Shown here: positions 10,801 through 20,590 of the stretch, one piece after another
Position numbering within the stretch: the first letter of the stretch is position 1
Layout: each line of letters opens with the position of its first letter
Assembly (NCBI GenBank): GCA_039194325.1
Contig: JBCCWC010000010.1
Location: 1 to 64,000 of the forward strand
DNA: 64,000 nt
Source of the DNA: Myxococcota bacterium
GTDB lineage: Bacteria; Myxococcota_A; Polyangia; Nannocystales; Nannocystaceae
Direction: 5' to 3'
Notes under the pieces: model-generated
The model's database searches: none
The model's input: only the letters and a program-made list of their open reading frames with translations
Told to the model about the DNA's origin: nothing
Program-made: the position numbers and the translations under genes

Positions 10801-13800
10801 CGTGACGTCCAGACCTGCGAGCGCGACAGCGCCGATGCTCCGGTGCGCTGCTCGATCCCCGCCGACAAGGGAGGGACCTGGCGGATCGTCGCGGTGGTGG
10901 TCGATGCGGAGGGCCGGCCCAACCGTACCGAGGTGACCCGGTGGATCGCGGGTGGTGAGCTACCCGCGCCCCGCGGCGTGGAACAAGAACAGGTGCTGCT
11001 AATCCCCGATCGCGACCAGTACGAAGACGGCCAGACCGCGAAGATTGCTGTCTCTGCGCCGTGGTCCCCGGCCGAAGGCCTGGTCACGATCCGGCGCTCG
11101 GGGCTGGTCGACGTGCGCGCGATCCACCTCGACGGTCCGTCGACCACCCTCGAGGTGCCGATCGACGATGCGATGACGCCTGGGGTGACGGTGCAGGTCG
11201 ACTTGGTGGGAGCCGCCCCGCGGCGGGGGGCCGACGGCAAGATCGACCCCGGCCTGCCCTCTCGTCCTGCTCAGGCGGTGGGCTCGGTCATGCTGAGCGT
11301 GCCGCCCCTGCGGCGCACGCTGGCGGTCTTCGCCGAGCCCTCTCGGGCCAAGATCGAGCCTGGGGGCAAGACCTCGGTCCGCGTGTCGGTCAAGGACGCG
11401 TCGGGCAAGCCGATGCGCGGCGCCGAGGTGGCGCTGGTGGTGGTGGACGAGGCCGTGCTGGCCCTCACCGGCTACTCGCTGCCCGATCCGCTCGCCACCT
11501 TCTATGGCTGGCGTGACCCGGGAGTTCGCGACCACTACCTGCGCTCGCAGATCCAGCTGGCCAGCGCCCAGGAGCTCACCGAGCGGTCGGGTGAGGGCCC
11601 CGGTCAAGGAGGTGGCGGGTTTCTAGGCGACGACGCGGCGGCATTTGGCGACGGGGGGGAGGTCTTGGAACTGGAGACGCGTAGTCCGCCGGCTGACGAG
11701 GTCGTGGCCGATGACCAGGTCATGCAGCTCGACCGCAACGAGTTCGAGCGCGCCGAGGGCGGAAAGCGCAGCAAGGACCGCAAGCCCCCGGCGATCGCCC
11801 TGCGCAAGGATTTCTCGGCGCTGGCTCTGTTCTCGCCCAGCGTGAGGACCGACGACGAAGGCACGGCGACCGTGCCCCTGACCGTGCCCGACAACCTCAC
11901 CCGGTATCGGATCATGGCGGTGGCGGTCGACGAGGACCGACAGTTCGGGATCACCGAGTCCACGGTGACCGCTCGGTTGCCGCTGATGGTGCGGCCCTCG
12001 CCGCCGCGCTTCTTGAACTTTGGCGACGAGCTGGAGCTGCCCGTGGTGCTCCACAACCAGACCGAGGACCCCATGACGGTCGACGTGGCCGTGCGGGCCC
12101 ACAACGCCGAGCTCACCGCGGGCGCGGGCCGTCGGGTGAAGCTCCCCGCCGGTGATCGGGTGGAGGTACGCTTCCCGGCTCGGGCGGCGTATGCCGGCAC
12201 GGCGCGCTTCCAGGTGGGGGCGACCGCGGGAACCTGGGCCGACGCCGCCGCCTTCGAGCTGCCCGTGTGGACCCCGGCGACTACCGAGGCTTTCGCGACC
12301 TACGGGGAGATCGACGAAGGAGGCGTCGTCCAGCCCGTGGCGGCCCCCCCCGGCGTGTTTCCGCAATTCGGCGGTCTGGAGATCACCACGTCGTCCACCG
12401 CGCTGCAGGCCCTGACCGACGCGGTGCTCTACCTGGTCACCTATCCCTTCGAATGCAGTGAGCAGACCGCCAGCCGAGTGCTGGCGATCGCCGCGTTGCG
12501 CGACGTGCTGTCGGCCTTCGAGGCCGAGGGGTTGCCGTCACCAGCCGAGCTGCAGGCCACCGTGCAGCGCGATCTAAAGCGACTGACGCAGATGCAGGCC
12601 GACGACGGGGGGTTCTCGTTCTGGGGGCGGGGATGGCCATCGTGGCCCTATCTCACGGTGCACGTGGCCCATGCGCTCGAGCGGGCCAAGGCCAAGGGCT
12701 TTGCGGTGCCCGGGTCCATGCGCACGCGGGCGCTGGACTACCTGGCGCAGATCGACAAGCACTTCGATCCTCGAACCCCACCGGACGTGCGTCGGGTGAT
12801 CCGGGCCTACGCGCTCTACGTGCTGCGCCTGGCCGGTAAGCCGGACGTGCGTAAGGCCAGCGCGCTCGTCGACGAGGCTGGCGTCGAGCGGCTCCCGCTC
12901 GAGGCGCTGGCGTGGGTCTTGCCCACCCTGCAAGGCAGCTCCCGCCACGCTGGCGTGGTCACGGAGATCGAGCGCCACCTCGGCAACCGGGTCACCGAGA
13001 CGGCAGCCGCGGCTCATTTTGCGACCGGCTACGACGATGGGGCGCACTTGGTGCTGCACTCCGACCGCCGGGTGGACGCGCTGGTGCTCGAGGCGCTCAC
13101 CTATACCGAGCCCAAGAGCGATCTCGTCCCTAAGCTCGTGCGCGGCCTGCTAGCGCATCGCCGGGCCGGTCGTTGGTCGAGCACCCAGGAGAACGCCTTC
13201 GTGCTGGTGGCGCTCGATCGCTACTTTGCCGAGTACGAGAAGGCTACGCCCCGCTTCGTGGCCCGCGCTTGGCTGGGTGGATCCTATGCGGGGGAGCATG
13301 CCTTCCGCGGTCGCACCACCGAGCGGCACCACATCGACGTGCCCATGGCCTGGTTGGCCGACAAGGCCGGCAAGTCTGGCAAGAGCAGCGAGCAGGACCT
13401 GGTGATCAGCAAGAAGGGCAAGGGGCGGCTTTACTACCGCGTTGGCATGCGTTACGCCCCGCGTGACCTGAAGCTGCCGCCTTACGACGCCGGCTTCGCG
13501 GTCGAGCGATCCTACGAGGCGGTGGATGACGAGGCCGACGTGCGCCGCGACGCCGAGGGCACCTGGCACATCAAGGCCGGGGCCCGCGTGCGGGTGCGCG
13601 TGAAGATGGTGGCCGACGGCCGGCGCTACCACGTGGCGCTGGTCGACCCGCTGCCCGCTGGCCTCGAGGTGCTCAACCCGAGCTTGGCCACCACTGGGGC
13701 GCTGCCGCCCGATCCCGAGGATGAAGAGCGGGGTGGGTATTGGTGGTGGGCCCGCACCTGGTACGAGCACCAGAACATGCGAGACGAGCGAGTCGAGGCG

Positions 13801-13956
13801 TTCACTTCGCTCTTGTGGTCGGGGGTCTACGACTACGACTACGTCGCTCGGGCGACCACGCCGGGGCGTTTCGTAGTGCCGCCGAGCAAGGCCGAGGAGA
13901 TGTACCACCCCGAGACCTTCGGGCGCGGCAGCGCAGACGTGGTGGTGGTGGAGTAG
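7840..13956 (+). CDS. Bacterial alpha-2-macroglobulin family lipoprotein with N-terminal Ig-like domains
   Basis: Lipobox VLSC; MG-domain motifs DRGLYRPGE and EEFRRPEYEV; PDNLTRYRIMA; thioester motif YPFECSEQ; STQEN; C-terminal TPGRFVVPPSKAEEMYHPE. Confidence 0.93.
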   Translation: MVRTLEKLALLSFVVFAVLSCRNRKDPLTPVDPDGTAPPVVAADEPGLVLRLSHADPAAAERVPVRLAEAAALSAVETSRVLARLPKLDAEPDDQREFALREGSKPPPRTGVTVLGEFPPPPRSAGPKPRPKDPLAVVRFAPEGEVSLAPHLSVTFNHPMVAVTSLDALAGKDVPVKLTPTPAEGKWRWVGTRTLMFEPSARLPMATRYEVTVPQGTTSAVGTKLAKAQAWSFTTPTPTQVTAYPKDQPTRRQPLIFVAFDQQIEPEAVIPTITLRSGKNKRVSARLARPQEIEADPTVRQLAAQAEDGRWVAFVPASPLLADRPVMVKIGPGTPSAEGPRKTTEAQTFGFRTYGRMKVTEHRCGYQRDCPPGAPFEIEFSNPIDLEAFDRSLVTIEPALPEFRTEAYGQHLYIYGPTKGRTKYTVQLSPDVRDAFGQRLGETRPLTFKVTEAPRNLFMAGAGLTVLDPAAGGKLSVFSVNHKKLRVRAWQVQPRDWRAYLMAMERVGRDSRDLSFPGKNVIDRVITVRRNNDEIVESLVDLTPGLRKGRGHLVVAVEQTERAPLRNGDPWLMQRAVAWVQVTGLGLSGHIDAERMVVWATSLADGAPRAGVEVELRHVGVKARTDAQGLVSLPLTRDNAQMIVARQGDDVAFLPQSPSWWASSGSWHTTSTQPALRWHVFDDRGLYRPGEELKLKGWLRIVDPAKGGDVAGLHRLGNERRQVKYRLRDSQGNEVAKGKLELNAFGAFDASLALPDTMNLGYSSVELELVGSTLDNRGHWHQFRVEEFRRPEYEVSARLSEGPHQVGEHAVATVDADYFAGGGLANAEVMWRVTASPGFYQPPGHDGFTFGRQLPWWMFWRHWGPPDPADEPKSQIFEARTDAAGEHHLRMDFVSVDPAQPMSVTAQATVTDVNRQAWAASTSTVVHPSSLYVGLRSDRAFVQAGEDIDLDVLVVDIDGEIEKGVSVSVRAARVEYVQEHGEMVEKERDVQTCERDSADAPVRCSIPADKGGTWRIVAVVVDAEGRPNRTEVTRWIAGGELPAPRGVEQEQVLLIPDRDQYEDGQTAKIAVSAPWSPAEGLVTIRRSGLVDVRAIHLDGPSTTLEVPIDDAMTPGVTVQVDLVGAAPRRGADGKIDPGLPSRPAQAVGSVMLSVPPLRRTLAVFAEPSRAKIEPGGKTSVRVSVKDASGKPMRGAEVALVVVDEAVLALTGYSLPDPLATFYGWRDPGVRDHYLRSQIQLASAQELTERSGEGPGQGGGGFLGDDAAAFGDGGEVLELETRSPPADEVVADDQVMQLDRNEFERAEGGKRSKDRKPPAIALRKDFSALALFSPSVRTDDEGTATVPLTVPDNLTRYRIMAVAVDEDRQFGITESTVTARLPLMVRPSPPRFLNFGDELELPVVLHNQTEDPMTVDVAVRAHNAELTAGAGRRVKLPAGDRVEVRFPARAAYAGTARFQVGATAGTWADAAAFELPVWTPATTEAFATYGEIDEGGVVQPVAAPPGVFPQFGGLEITTSSTALQALTDAVLYLVTYPFECSEQTASRVLAIAALRDVLSAFEAEGLPSPAELQATVQRDLKRLTQMQADDGGFSFWGRGWPSWPYLTVHVAHALERAKAKGFAVPGSMRTRALDYLAQIDKHFDPRTPPDVRRVIRAYALYVLRLAGKPDVRKASALVDEAGVERLPLEALAWVLPTLQGSSRHAGVVTEIERHLGNRVTETAAAAHFATGYDDGAHLVLHSDRRVDALVLEALTYTEPKSDLVPKLVRGLLAHRRAGRWSSTQENAFVLVALDRYFAEYEKATPRFVARAWLGGSYAGEHAFRGRTTERHHIDVPMAWLADKAGKSGKSSEQDLVISKKGKGRLYYRVGMRYAPRDLKLPPYDAGFAVERSYEAVDDEADVRRDAEGTWHIKAGARVRVRVKMVADGRRYHVALVDPLPAGLEVLNPSLATTGALPPDPEDEERGGYWWWARTWYEHQNMRDERVEAFTSLLWSGVYDYDYVARATTPGRFVVPPSKAEEMYHPETFGRGSADVVVVE

Positions 13957-13976
13957 GTGCTACGATCGGCTCGCCG

Positions 13977-15530
13977 ATGACGCGCTTCTTCAACACGGCC
14001 GGCCCCTGCGTGGCGGCCGATCACTACATGCTGCCGCCGCTGTCGCGGCTGCCCGATCTGCGGCTGTTCATCGAGCGCAAGCAGTACTTCGTGATCCATG
14101 CGCCGCGACAGACGGGCAAGACCACCGCTTTGCAGGCGCTAGCCCGGGGCTTGGCGGACGAAGGGCGGTATGCCGCCGCGTATGTTTCGGCCGAGGTGGG
14201 AGGGGTCTATTCCGGGGTGAGCGAGCTAGGGGCGGCCGAGGCGGCGCTATTGGGTGCCTGGACGATCGGCTCGCGGACACTATCGCAAGCGCTGCGGCCG
14301 CCTCCGTGGCCTTCGGCCGAGCCCGGGCAGCGCATCCTGGCGGGGCTCAGTGCATGGGCCGAGCACTGCCCGCGACCGCTCGTCATGCTCATCGATGAGA
14401 TCGATGCCCTTCGTGACGATGTGCTGATCTCGGTCCTGCGTCAGCTACGAACGGGCTATTCGCTGCGTCCGGATCTCTTCCCGTGGTCGATCGCCTTGGT
14501 GGGCCTGCGCGATGTTCGGGACTATCTGGTCGGCGAAGGTGAACCACGCCGTCAGGGAACGGCTAGCCCCTTCAACATCAAGGTGCGCTCGCTGACGCTG
14601 ACCAATTTCACGGCGGATGATGTGGCCGAGCTCTACGCCCAGCACCACGAGCAGACCGGCCAGGCGTTCGAAGGGGCCGCGGTCGCGCGGGCTTTCCAGT
14701 GGAGCGGGGGGCAGCCATGGCTGGTCAATGCGCTGGCGGGCGAGATCATCGATCACCTGCGGCCCGATCGAGCCGAGACGATCACCGCAGACGACATGGA
14801 TCGTGCCGCACGGATCCTCATCGAGCGCCAAGACACCCACCTCGATAGTCTGGCCGCCAGGCTGCGCGAGCCGAGGATCCGTGCCGTGCTCGAGCCCATG
14901 CTCGCGGGTGAGTCCATGGAGGCGCTCGCCGAAGATGATCGCCGCTTCGTCCTCGATCTGGGCCTGGTGCGACGCGTCGATGGTGGTGGCCTCCAGGTGG
15001 CCAACCCGATCTACCGCGAGGTGATCGTCCGAATGCTCGCGAGTGGGCCGCAAGACAGCTTGCCCGAGCTGTCTCCCACCTGGCTCGATGGTGAGGGTCA
15101 ACTCGACTCAGAGGCCTTGCGCGATGCATTCCTGGCGTTCTGGCGTCAGCATGGAGATGCTCTGCAGGCCAGCGCGCCCTACCACGAAGTCGCCGCGCAG
15201 CTGGTGCTCATGGCGTTCTTGCACCGGGTCGTCAACGGAGGGGGGTGGATCGAGCGCGAGTATGCGATCGGGCGAGGGCGCATAGATCTGTGCCTGCGCC
15301 TGGGTAATGTCACCATAGCTATGGAGCTGAAGGTCTGGCGTGGCAAGCAGCGTGATCCGCTGGCATCCGGCCTCGAGCAGCTCGATCGCTATCTCGACGG
15401 GCTCGGTTTGGACACCGGCTGGCTGGTGATCTTCGATCAGCGCGAGCAGGCTGGGCTGACCGCGGAGCGAACGCGGTGGGAGAGGGTAGATTCGCCGAAG
15501 GGTCGGGAGATCACGTTGGTTCGAGCATGA
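13977..15530 (+). CDS. AAA-like ATPase with C-terminal PD-(D/E)XK nuclease-like domain
   Basis: RFFNTAGPC start, Walker A APRQTGKT, Walker B LIDEID, SPFNIK, and C-terminal GRIDL...MELK. Confidence 0.82.
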   Translation: MTRFFNTAGPCVAADHYMLPPLSRLPDLRLFIERKQYFVIHAPRQTGKTTALQALARGLADEGRYAAAYVSAEVGGVYSGVSELGAAEAALLGAWTIGSRTLSQALRPPPWPSAEPGQRILAGLSAWAEHCPRPLVMLIDEIDALRDDVLISVLRQLRTGYSLRPDLFPWSIALVGLRDVRDYLVGEGEPRRQGTASPFNIKVRSLTLTNFTADDVAELYAQHHEQTGQAFEGAAVARAFQWSGGQPWLVNALAGEIIDHLRPDRAETITADDMDRAARILIERQDTHLDSLAARLREPRIRAVLEPMLAGESMEALAEDDRRFVLDLGLVRRVDGGGLQVANPIYREVIVRMLASGPQDSLPELSPTWLDGEGQLDSEALRDAFLAFWRQHGDALQASAPYHEVAAQLVLMAFLHRVVNGGGWIEREYAIGRGRIDLCLRLGNVTIAMELKVWRGKQRDPLASGLEQLDRYLDGLGLDTGWLVIFDQREQAGLTAERTRWERVDSPKGREITLVRA

Positions 15531-15603
15531 GGCCGCCGCTGGTCGCCTTTACGCTCATCGTTGAAGTCGAGTGGCTCGATCCACCACCTAAGCATCAAGG
15601 GGC

Positions 15604-15633
15604 GTGTCCTACTCGGCTGTGTCCTACTCGGCT
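15604..15633. repeat. 15-bp direct repeat x2 between convergent genes
   Basis: GTGTCCTACTCGGCT occurs twice in tandem. Confidence 0.6.
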
Positions 15634-15638
15634 ATGGA

Positions 15639-16304
15639 TCAGCGGCGAGCGACCCATACGTAGTGCGTGCGCCCCCGGCCCTTGCGCGACGCGGGCACGC
15701 GCTGCACCCGGGCGGTGAATCCGGTGCCCTTCAGCCTCCGGCTGAAGCCTCGATCGTCCGAGAAGGACCACACCGCCAGCACCCCCCCCGGTCGTAGCGC
15801 TCGGCGGGCCTCGGCCAGTCCGCGACCGCCGTAGAGCGCTTCGTTGCTCGCGTGGGCCAGCGCGTCGGGCCCGTTGTCCACGTCGAGCAGGATCGCGTCG
15901 TAGCGATCGGCACCCGAGCGAATGCGATCGGCGACGTCACCCACGTAGATCTGCGTGCGGGGGTCATCGAGCGGGCGCTCGGCCACCGGCGCGACCGGCC
16001 CTCGATTCCACTCGACCACCGCGGGTACCAGCTCGGCCACCTCGACCACGGCCTTGGGATCCACCCCGTCTAGCGCCGCCCGCAGCGTGAAGCCCATGCC
16101 CAGACCACCCACCAGCACCCGACGCGCCGGATGCTCCAGGGCACGGAGCGCCAGGCGGGCCAGCGCGCGAGACGACTCGTCGTCGTCCGACGACATCAGG
16201 TCGTAGCCACCGGCGCGGATCAGCAGCTCGTGACCGCGACGTCGCAGCTCGATGGCCGTGCCGTCGGGGGCGAGAGTCTGCGCGAGCGTTTCCCAGGGGA
16301 GCAT
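15639..16304 (-). CDS. Spermidine synthase-like SAM-dependent methyltransferase
   Basis: VLVGGLGMGFT, AEL, and YDAILLDVDNGP. Confidence 0.85.
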   Translation of the reverse strand: MLPWETLAQTLAPDGTAIELRRRGHELLIRAGGYDLMSSDDDESSRALARLALRALEHPARRVLVGGLGMGFTLRAALDGVDPKAVVEVAELVPAVVEWNRGPVAPVAERPLDDPRTQIYVGDVADRIRSGADRYDAILLDVDNGPDALAHASNEALYGGRGLAEARRALRPGGVLAVWSFSDDRGFSRRLKGTGFTARVQRVPASRKGRGRTHYVWVARR

Positions 16305-16623
16305 CCGAGGCGCGGACCGTAGCACCCCGCCGCACCGTGTGTGGTCACCTACGGCCTGGCCCCTGTGCACAGCTGGCGCGGTTGGGCCTCGGGGTCGCGG
16401 GCGCCGTGCTCCGCTTCGTTTTCACGCTGCTCTTCTTGTCACCGATGGTGCGTTTCCTGCTCGGAGCGACGCCCCGCTGATTCCCGCCTCTTCCACGCTA
16501 CTTTGCTCCCGCTCACCCCGACCGGCGCGGCCCGGCTCGATCGGGTGGGACCTCCGGCCACCCGGGCGCGCTCGCGCACGCGAGGGGGGCTCGGGTGGGT
16601 TACCCTGAGCGCCGCGGAGCGAG

Positions 16624-19551
16624 ATGAGCGGCGAGGGCCATCGGACGCGCGGCCCGGACGGGCTCGCGAGGATCGATGCGGGCGAGCAACCGGGGGGAAC
16701 GATCGGACGCTACGTGGTCGTGGCGCGCCTGGGCGAGGGCGCGATGGGCATGGTGTACCTGGCCTACGATCCTCACCTCGATCGTCGCCTGGCTCTCAAG
16801 GTGCTCCGTCGTCGGCTTCGCTCCTCGCGGAGCGCCGAGGAGCGAAAGCAGCGGCTGCGTCGCGAGGCGATGGCGATGGCGCAGCTCAATCACCCGCACG
16901 TCGTCACGGTGCACGACGTCGGCGTGGCCGACGGTCGGGTGTTCTTGGCGATGGACTATGTCCCCGGGCAAGATCTACGGGAGTGGCTCGAGTCCCAACG
17001 CCGCCCCTGGCGGAAGGTGCTGCGGACCTTCATCTACGCCGGGCGAGGGCTGGCCGCGGCCCATGCCGCGGGGGTGATCCACCGCGACTTCAAGCCCGAG
17101 AACGTGCTCGTGGGCGAGGACGGCTCGGTCAAGGTCATGGATTTCGGGCTGGCGCGCCCCTGTGTCGATCGCTCGCGCTCCTCGGGCGTGTCCGATACCC
17201 GCGATGTGTCGACCGATGGTCCCGCCGAGCAACCGGTCGACGAGCCAAGCTCGGTCGACGAGCCGAGCTCGGCCGACGGCGCTCCGCGTCTGGCGATCTC
17301 CACCGACGTCCCGCCCAGCATGGTGTTGACCCGCTCGGGCGACGTGCTGGGTACGCCGAGCTACATGGCCCCCGAGCTCTTCGAGGGGGGCGAGGCCAAC
17401 GCTCTGACCGATCAGTTCGCGTTGTGCGTGGCCCTCTACGAGGGCCTCTACGGCGTGCGTCCCTTCGCCGGAGAGTCGATGGCCTCGCTGGCCTTCAACA
17501 TGCACCGCGAACGGATCACCCCGCCGCCGCGTGGCTCTCGAGTTCCCGCCTGGCTGGGCCGGCTGGTGCGGCGGGGCCTGGCGCGCCGGCCCAACCGCCG
17601 CTACCCCTCGGTCGAAGCCCTACTCGACGCGCTGATCCGAGGCGCGGCTCGCCAGCGGCTTCAGCGAGCCGGGGTCTTGGGGCTAGGGCTGATGCTGGCG
17701 GGCGGGGGTCTTTCGTATGCCCTGGTGCCCTCACCCACGCCGTGTCGCGGGGGGCAGGAGCGCCTCGCCGAGGTGTGGAACGAGGACCGCTCGGCCGCAA
17801 TCGCCGCGGCGTTCGAGTCGACCGGGGTACCCTACGCCACCGAGGTCCTGGCTCGGGCTCAGGAGCGCGTGGACGACTATGCCGAGTCGTGGGTCGGCGT
17901 CTATACGCAGGTCTGTGAGGCCACCGCGGTCCACAAGCACCAGACCCCCGTCGAGCTCGACCGGCGGATCGCCTGCCTCGATGACCGCTTGGCCGAGCTC
18001 GATGCCCTCTTGCAGGTGCTCGGTGAGGCTGACCAGCGGGTGGCCGAGCGTGCGGCCCAGGCTGCCAGCGATCTGCGAGGTCCGGGGACCTGCGCGGCCG
18101 AGTCCGTGGCCCGAGACTCCGCGGCGACCAGCCCCGACCACCAGCGCCAGGTGGACACTCTGCGAGGTCGACTACTACGAGCAAAAGCGCTCGAGAACGG
18201 GGGCCGCTACGAGGACGCCGCCTCGCTCTCGCGAGAGATCGTGGCCGAGGCCGAGCTGCTGGGCGAGGTTCGGCTGCACGCGGAGGCGCTAGCGCAGCTG
18301 GGTACGGCCGACGCCAAGGGTGGTGACTACGAGGCCGCGGCCCTTCACCATCGCAAAGCCTATTTCGTGGCCAACGAAGCGGGAATCGACGACGTGGCCG
18401 CTCAGGCCGCCGTTGGCATGCTCCAGGTCGAGGGCGTCCAGCTCCATCACCGAGATGAAGGTCTCGCCTGGGCTCGACACGCCGAGGTTGCGCTAGGTCG
18501 TAGCGACGCGAGCGATGCGCTGTGGGGTCAGTATCACACCGTAATGGGCGCGTTCCACTTGGAGGACTACAAGCTCGACAAGGCTCGCCACCACTTCGAG
18601 AAGGCCCTGACCATCGCACGGCAGACTCGGGGTGCGGAGCACGAGGAGGTCGCCTCTTTACTGGCCTATCTTGCGTTCGTGCAGGAGCAGTCGGGTCGTT
18701 CCGAGGACGCAATGTTGTCCTTCGAAAGGGCGCTGGAGATCACCCGCCGGGCCCTGGGTCCCAAGCACCCGGCCCTGGCCAACCTACACAACAGCTATGC
18801 GGTGGTGCTCTTTGGGCGCCAGGATCTCGCGCGTACCCAGGAGCAGCTCGAGAAGGCGGTGGCGATCCAGCGCGAGGCCCTCGGTGAGCATCCGGCCACC
18901 GCCACGTACATCGACAACCTCGGCGGGTTGCTCTTGTCCCGGGGTGAGCGCGAGCGAGGGCGCGCTCTACTCGAGGAGGCCTTGGCCATGCGTGAGCGCA
19001 TACTGGGCCCCGATCACTACATGCTGACATTCTCGCTGAGCAACTTCGCGGAGGCGCTACGACTCGAAGGCGATCTCGGTGGTTCCCGCAGGCACTACGA
19101 GCGCGCGCTGGACATCCTCGAAAAGGACGGAGGTCCCGACACTCCTATGCTCGGGCGCACGATCGCCTGCCTGGGAACCCTCGCTCTGTTCGAGGGCGCG
19201 ATCCAACGGGGCCTTGACCAGTGCAAGCGCGCGGTGGACATACTCGAGCCGCTGGTCAGTGAACGGCACGTCGCCCTCGTTGAGCCGCTGGCCTGCCAAG
19301 GCTGGGCGCTGCTCGAGCTGGAGCAACCCGAGCCGGCCCTGGTCTTGCTCGAGCGAGCCTACGGCATGATCGAGCTGGCTCAAGCCGATCTTCCCGCGTT
19401 GTTGCGGGTGCTGCTGGCCCGTGCGCTGACCAAGGCCGGGGGTGACCCTGAGCGAGCCGCGCGCCTGCGGGCCGAGGCGCGGGAGATCTACGCCCAGGGG
19501 AGCTACGAGCCTCCCGAGCGGGTGACAGCGTGGCTCGAGGATCCAAAGTAG
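16624..19551 (+). CDS. Ser/Thr protein kinase with TM segment and C-terminal TPRs
   Basis: GEGAMG, LALK, HRDFKPEN, DFGLA, GTPSYMAPE; TPRs of the ALGPKHP type. Confidence 0.92.
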   Translation: MSGEGHRTRGPDGLARIDAGEQPGGTIGRYVVVARLGEGAMGMVYLAYDPHLDRRLALKVLRRRLRSSRSAEERKQRLRREAMAMAQLNHPHVVTVHDVGVADGRVFLAMDYVPGQDLREWLESQRRPWRKVLRTFIYAGRGLAAAHAAGVIHRDFKPENVLVGEDGSVKVMDFGLARPCVDRSRSSGVSDTRDVSTDGPAEQPVDEPSSVDEPSSADGAPRLAISTDVPPSMVLTRSGDVLGTPSYMAPELFEGGEANALTDQFALCVALYEGLYGVRPFAGESMASLAFNMHRERITPPPRGSRVPAWLGRLVRRGLARRPNRRYPSVEALLDALIRGAARQRLQRAGVLGLGLMLAGGGLSYALVPSPTPCRGGQERLAEVWNEDRSAAIAAAFESTGVPYATEVLARAQERVDDYAESWVGVYTQVCEATAVHKHQTPVELDRRIACLDDRLAELDALLQVLGEADQRVAERAAQAASDLRGPGTCAAESVARDSAATSPDHQRQVDTLRGRLLRAKALENGGRYEDAASLSREIVAEAELLGEVRLHAEALAQLGTADAKGGDYEAAALHHRKAYFVANEAGIDDVAAQAAVGMLQVEGVQLHHRDEGLAWARHAEVALGRSDASDALWGQYHTVMGAFHLEDYKLDKARHHFEKALTIARQTRGAEHEEVASLLAYLAFVQEQSGRSEDAMLSFERALEITRRALGPKHPALANLHNSYAVVLFGRQDLARTQEQLEKAVAIQREALGEHPATATYIDNLGGLLLSRGERERGRALLEEALAMRERILGPDHYMLTFSLSNFAEALRLEGDLGGSRRHYERALDILEKDGGPDTPMLGRTIACLGTLALFEGAIQRGLDQCKRAVDILEPLVSERHVALVEPLACQGWALLELEQPEPALVLLERAYGMIELAQADLPALLRVLLARALTKAGGDPERAARLRAEAREIYAQGSYEPPERVTAWLEDPK

Positions 19552-19575
19552 CTCCGGTGTTTTGGTATCAACGTC

Positions 19576-20478
19576 GTGATGTTCCAGCCTCCCGATCTCC
19601 ACGGACGCGTCGCCATTGTCACCGGAAGTAGCCGCGGGATCGGCAAGGCCGTCGCGCTGGCCCTGGCTCGGGCCGGCTGTGATGTGTGCGTGGCGGCCAA
19701 GACCATCACCCCCAATCCGCGGCTGCCCGGAACGATCGTCGACACCAAGGAAGAGATCGAAGCCCTCGGTCGTCGGGCGATCGCGGTGGCCACCGACGTT
19801 CGCCAGGCCGAGCAGATCGACTCGATGGTGCAGCGCACGGTCGATGAGCTGGGGCGGGTCGACATCCTCGTCAACAACGCCGGAGCGCTGTGGTGGAAGA
19901 ACGTGCGCGACACCCCGGCCAAGCGCTTCGACCTGGTGATGGAGGTCAACGCGCGGGCCTCGTTCCTCGCCGCCCGTGCCTGCCTGCCCCACATGATCGA
20001 GGGCAAGTGGGGGCACATCGTGATGATGTCGCCGCCCATCGACATGGGCATGGTGCCCGGCAAGGTCGCCTACTCGATCTCCAAGTTCGGCATGACCATG
20101 CTCGCGGTGGGCCTCGGGCAGGAGGTGGCCCGGCACGGGGTGGCTGCCAACGCGCTGTGGCCGACCACGATGATCGAGTCGCTGGCCTCGATCAACTTTG
20201 GCCTCGGTGGTCCGGCCCAGTGGCGCAAGGCCGAGATCCTGGCCGACGCCACCCTCGCCATCATCGGCCACGAGCCGCCCTCGCTCACCGGGCAGGCCCT
20301 GCTCGACGAGGAGATCCTGAAGAAGGTGGGGGTGGAGGATTTCGAGCCCTACCTGTGCGTGCCTGGGGGCACGCCGATCCGGATCGCCGGCGAGGGCGCG
20401 GTGGGAGCCAGCTTTGGGCAGGGCACCGGCGGTACGGCCACGCACGGTCCGGGCAAAGGCCCGGGCAACCCGCGATAG
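19576..20478 (+). CDS. SDR family oxidoreductase (HSDL2-like)
   Basis: TGSSRGIG, NNAG, and YSISK catalytic motif. Confidence 0.9.
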   Translation: MMFQPPDLHGRVAIVTGSSRGIGKAVALALARAGCDVCVAAKTITPNPRLPGTIVDTKEEIEALGRRAIAVATDVRQAEQIDSMVQRTVDELGRVDILVNNAGALWWKNVRDTPAKRFDLVMEVNARASFLAARACLPHMIEGKWGHIVMMSPPIDMGMVPGKVAYSISKFGMTMLAVGLGQEVARHGVAANALWPTTMIESLASINFGLGGPAQWRKAEILADATLAIIGHEPPSLTGQALLDEEILKKVGVEDFEPYLCVPGGTPIRIAGEGAVGASFGQGTGGTATHGPGKGPGNPR

Positions 20479-20590
20479 CGCGCGCTCGCAGGCGCTCGCG
20501 TGGCAGTACGCAAATGCGTGACGGTGCGCGGTTGTTCGTCCGAGTGCAACGGCGGCCTGGTGATCTCGTCACCTCATGCGGAGTCACCTC

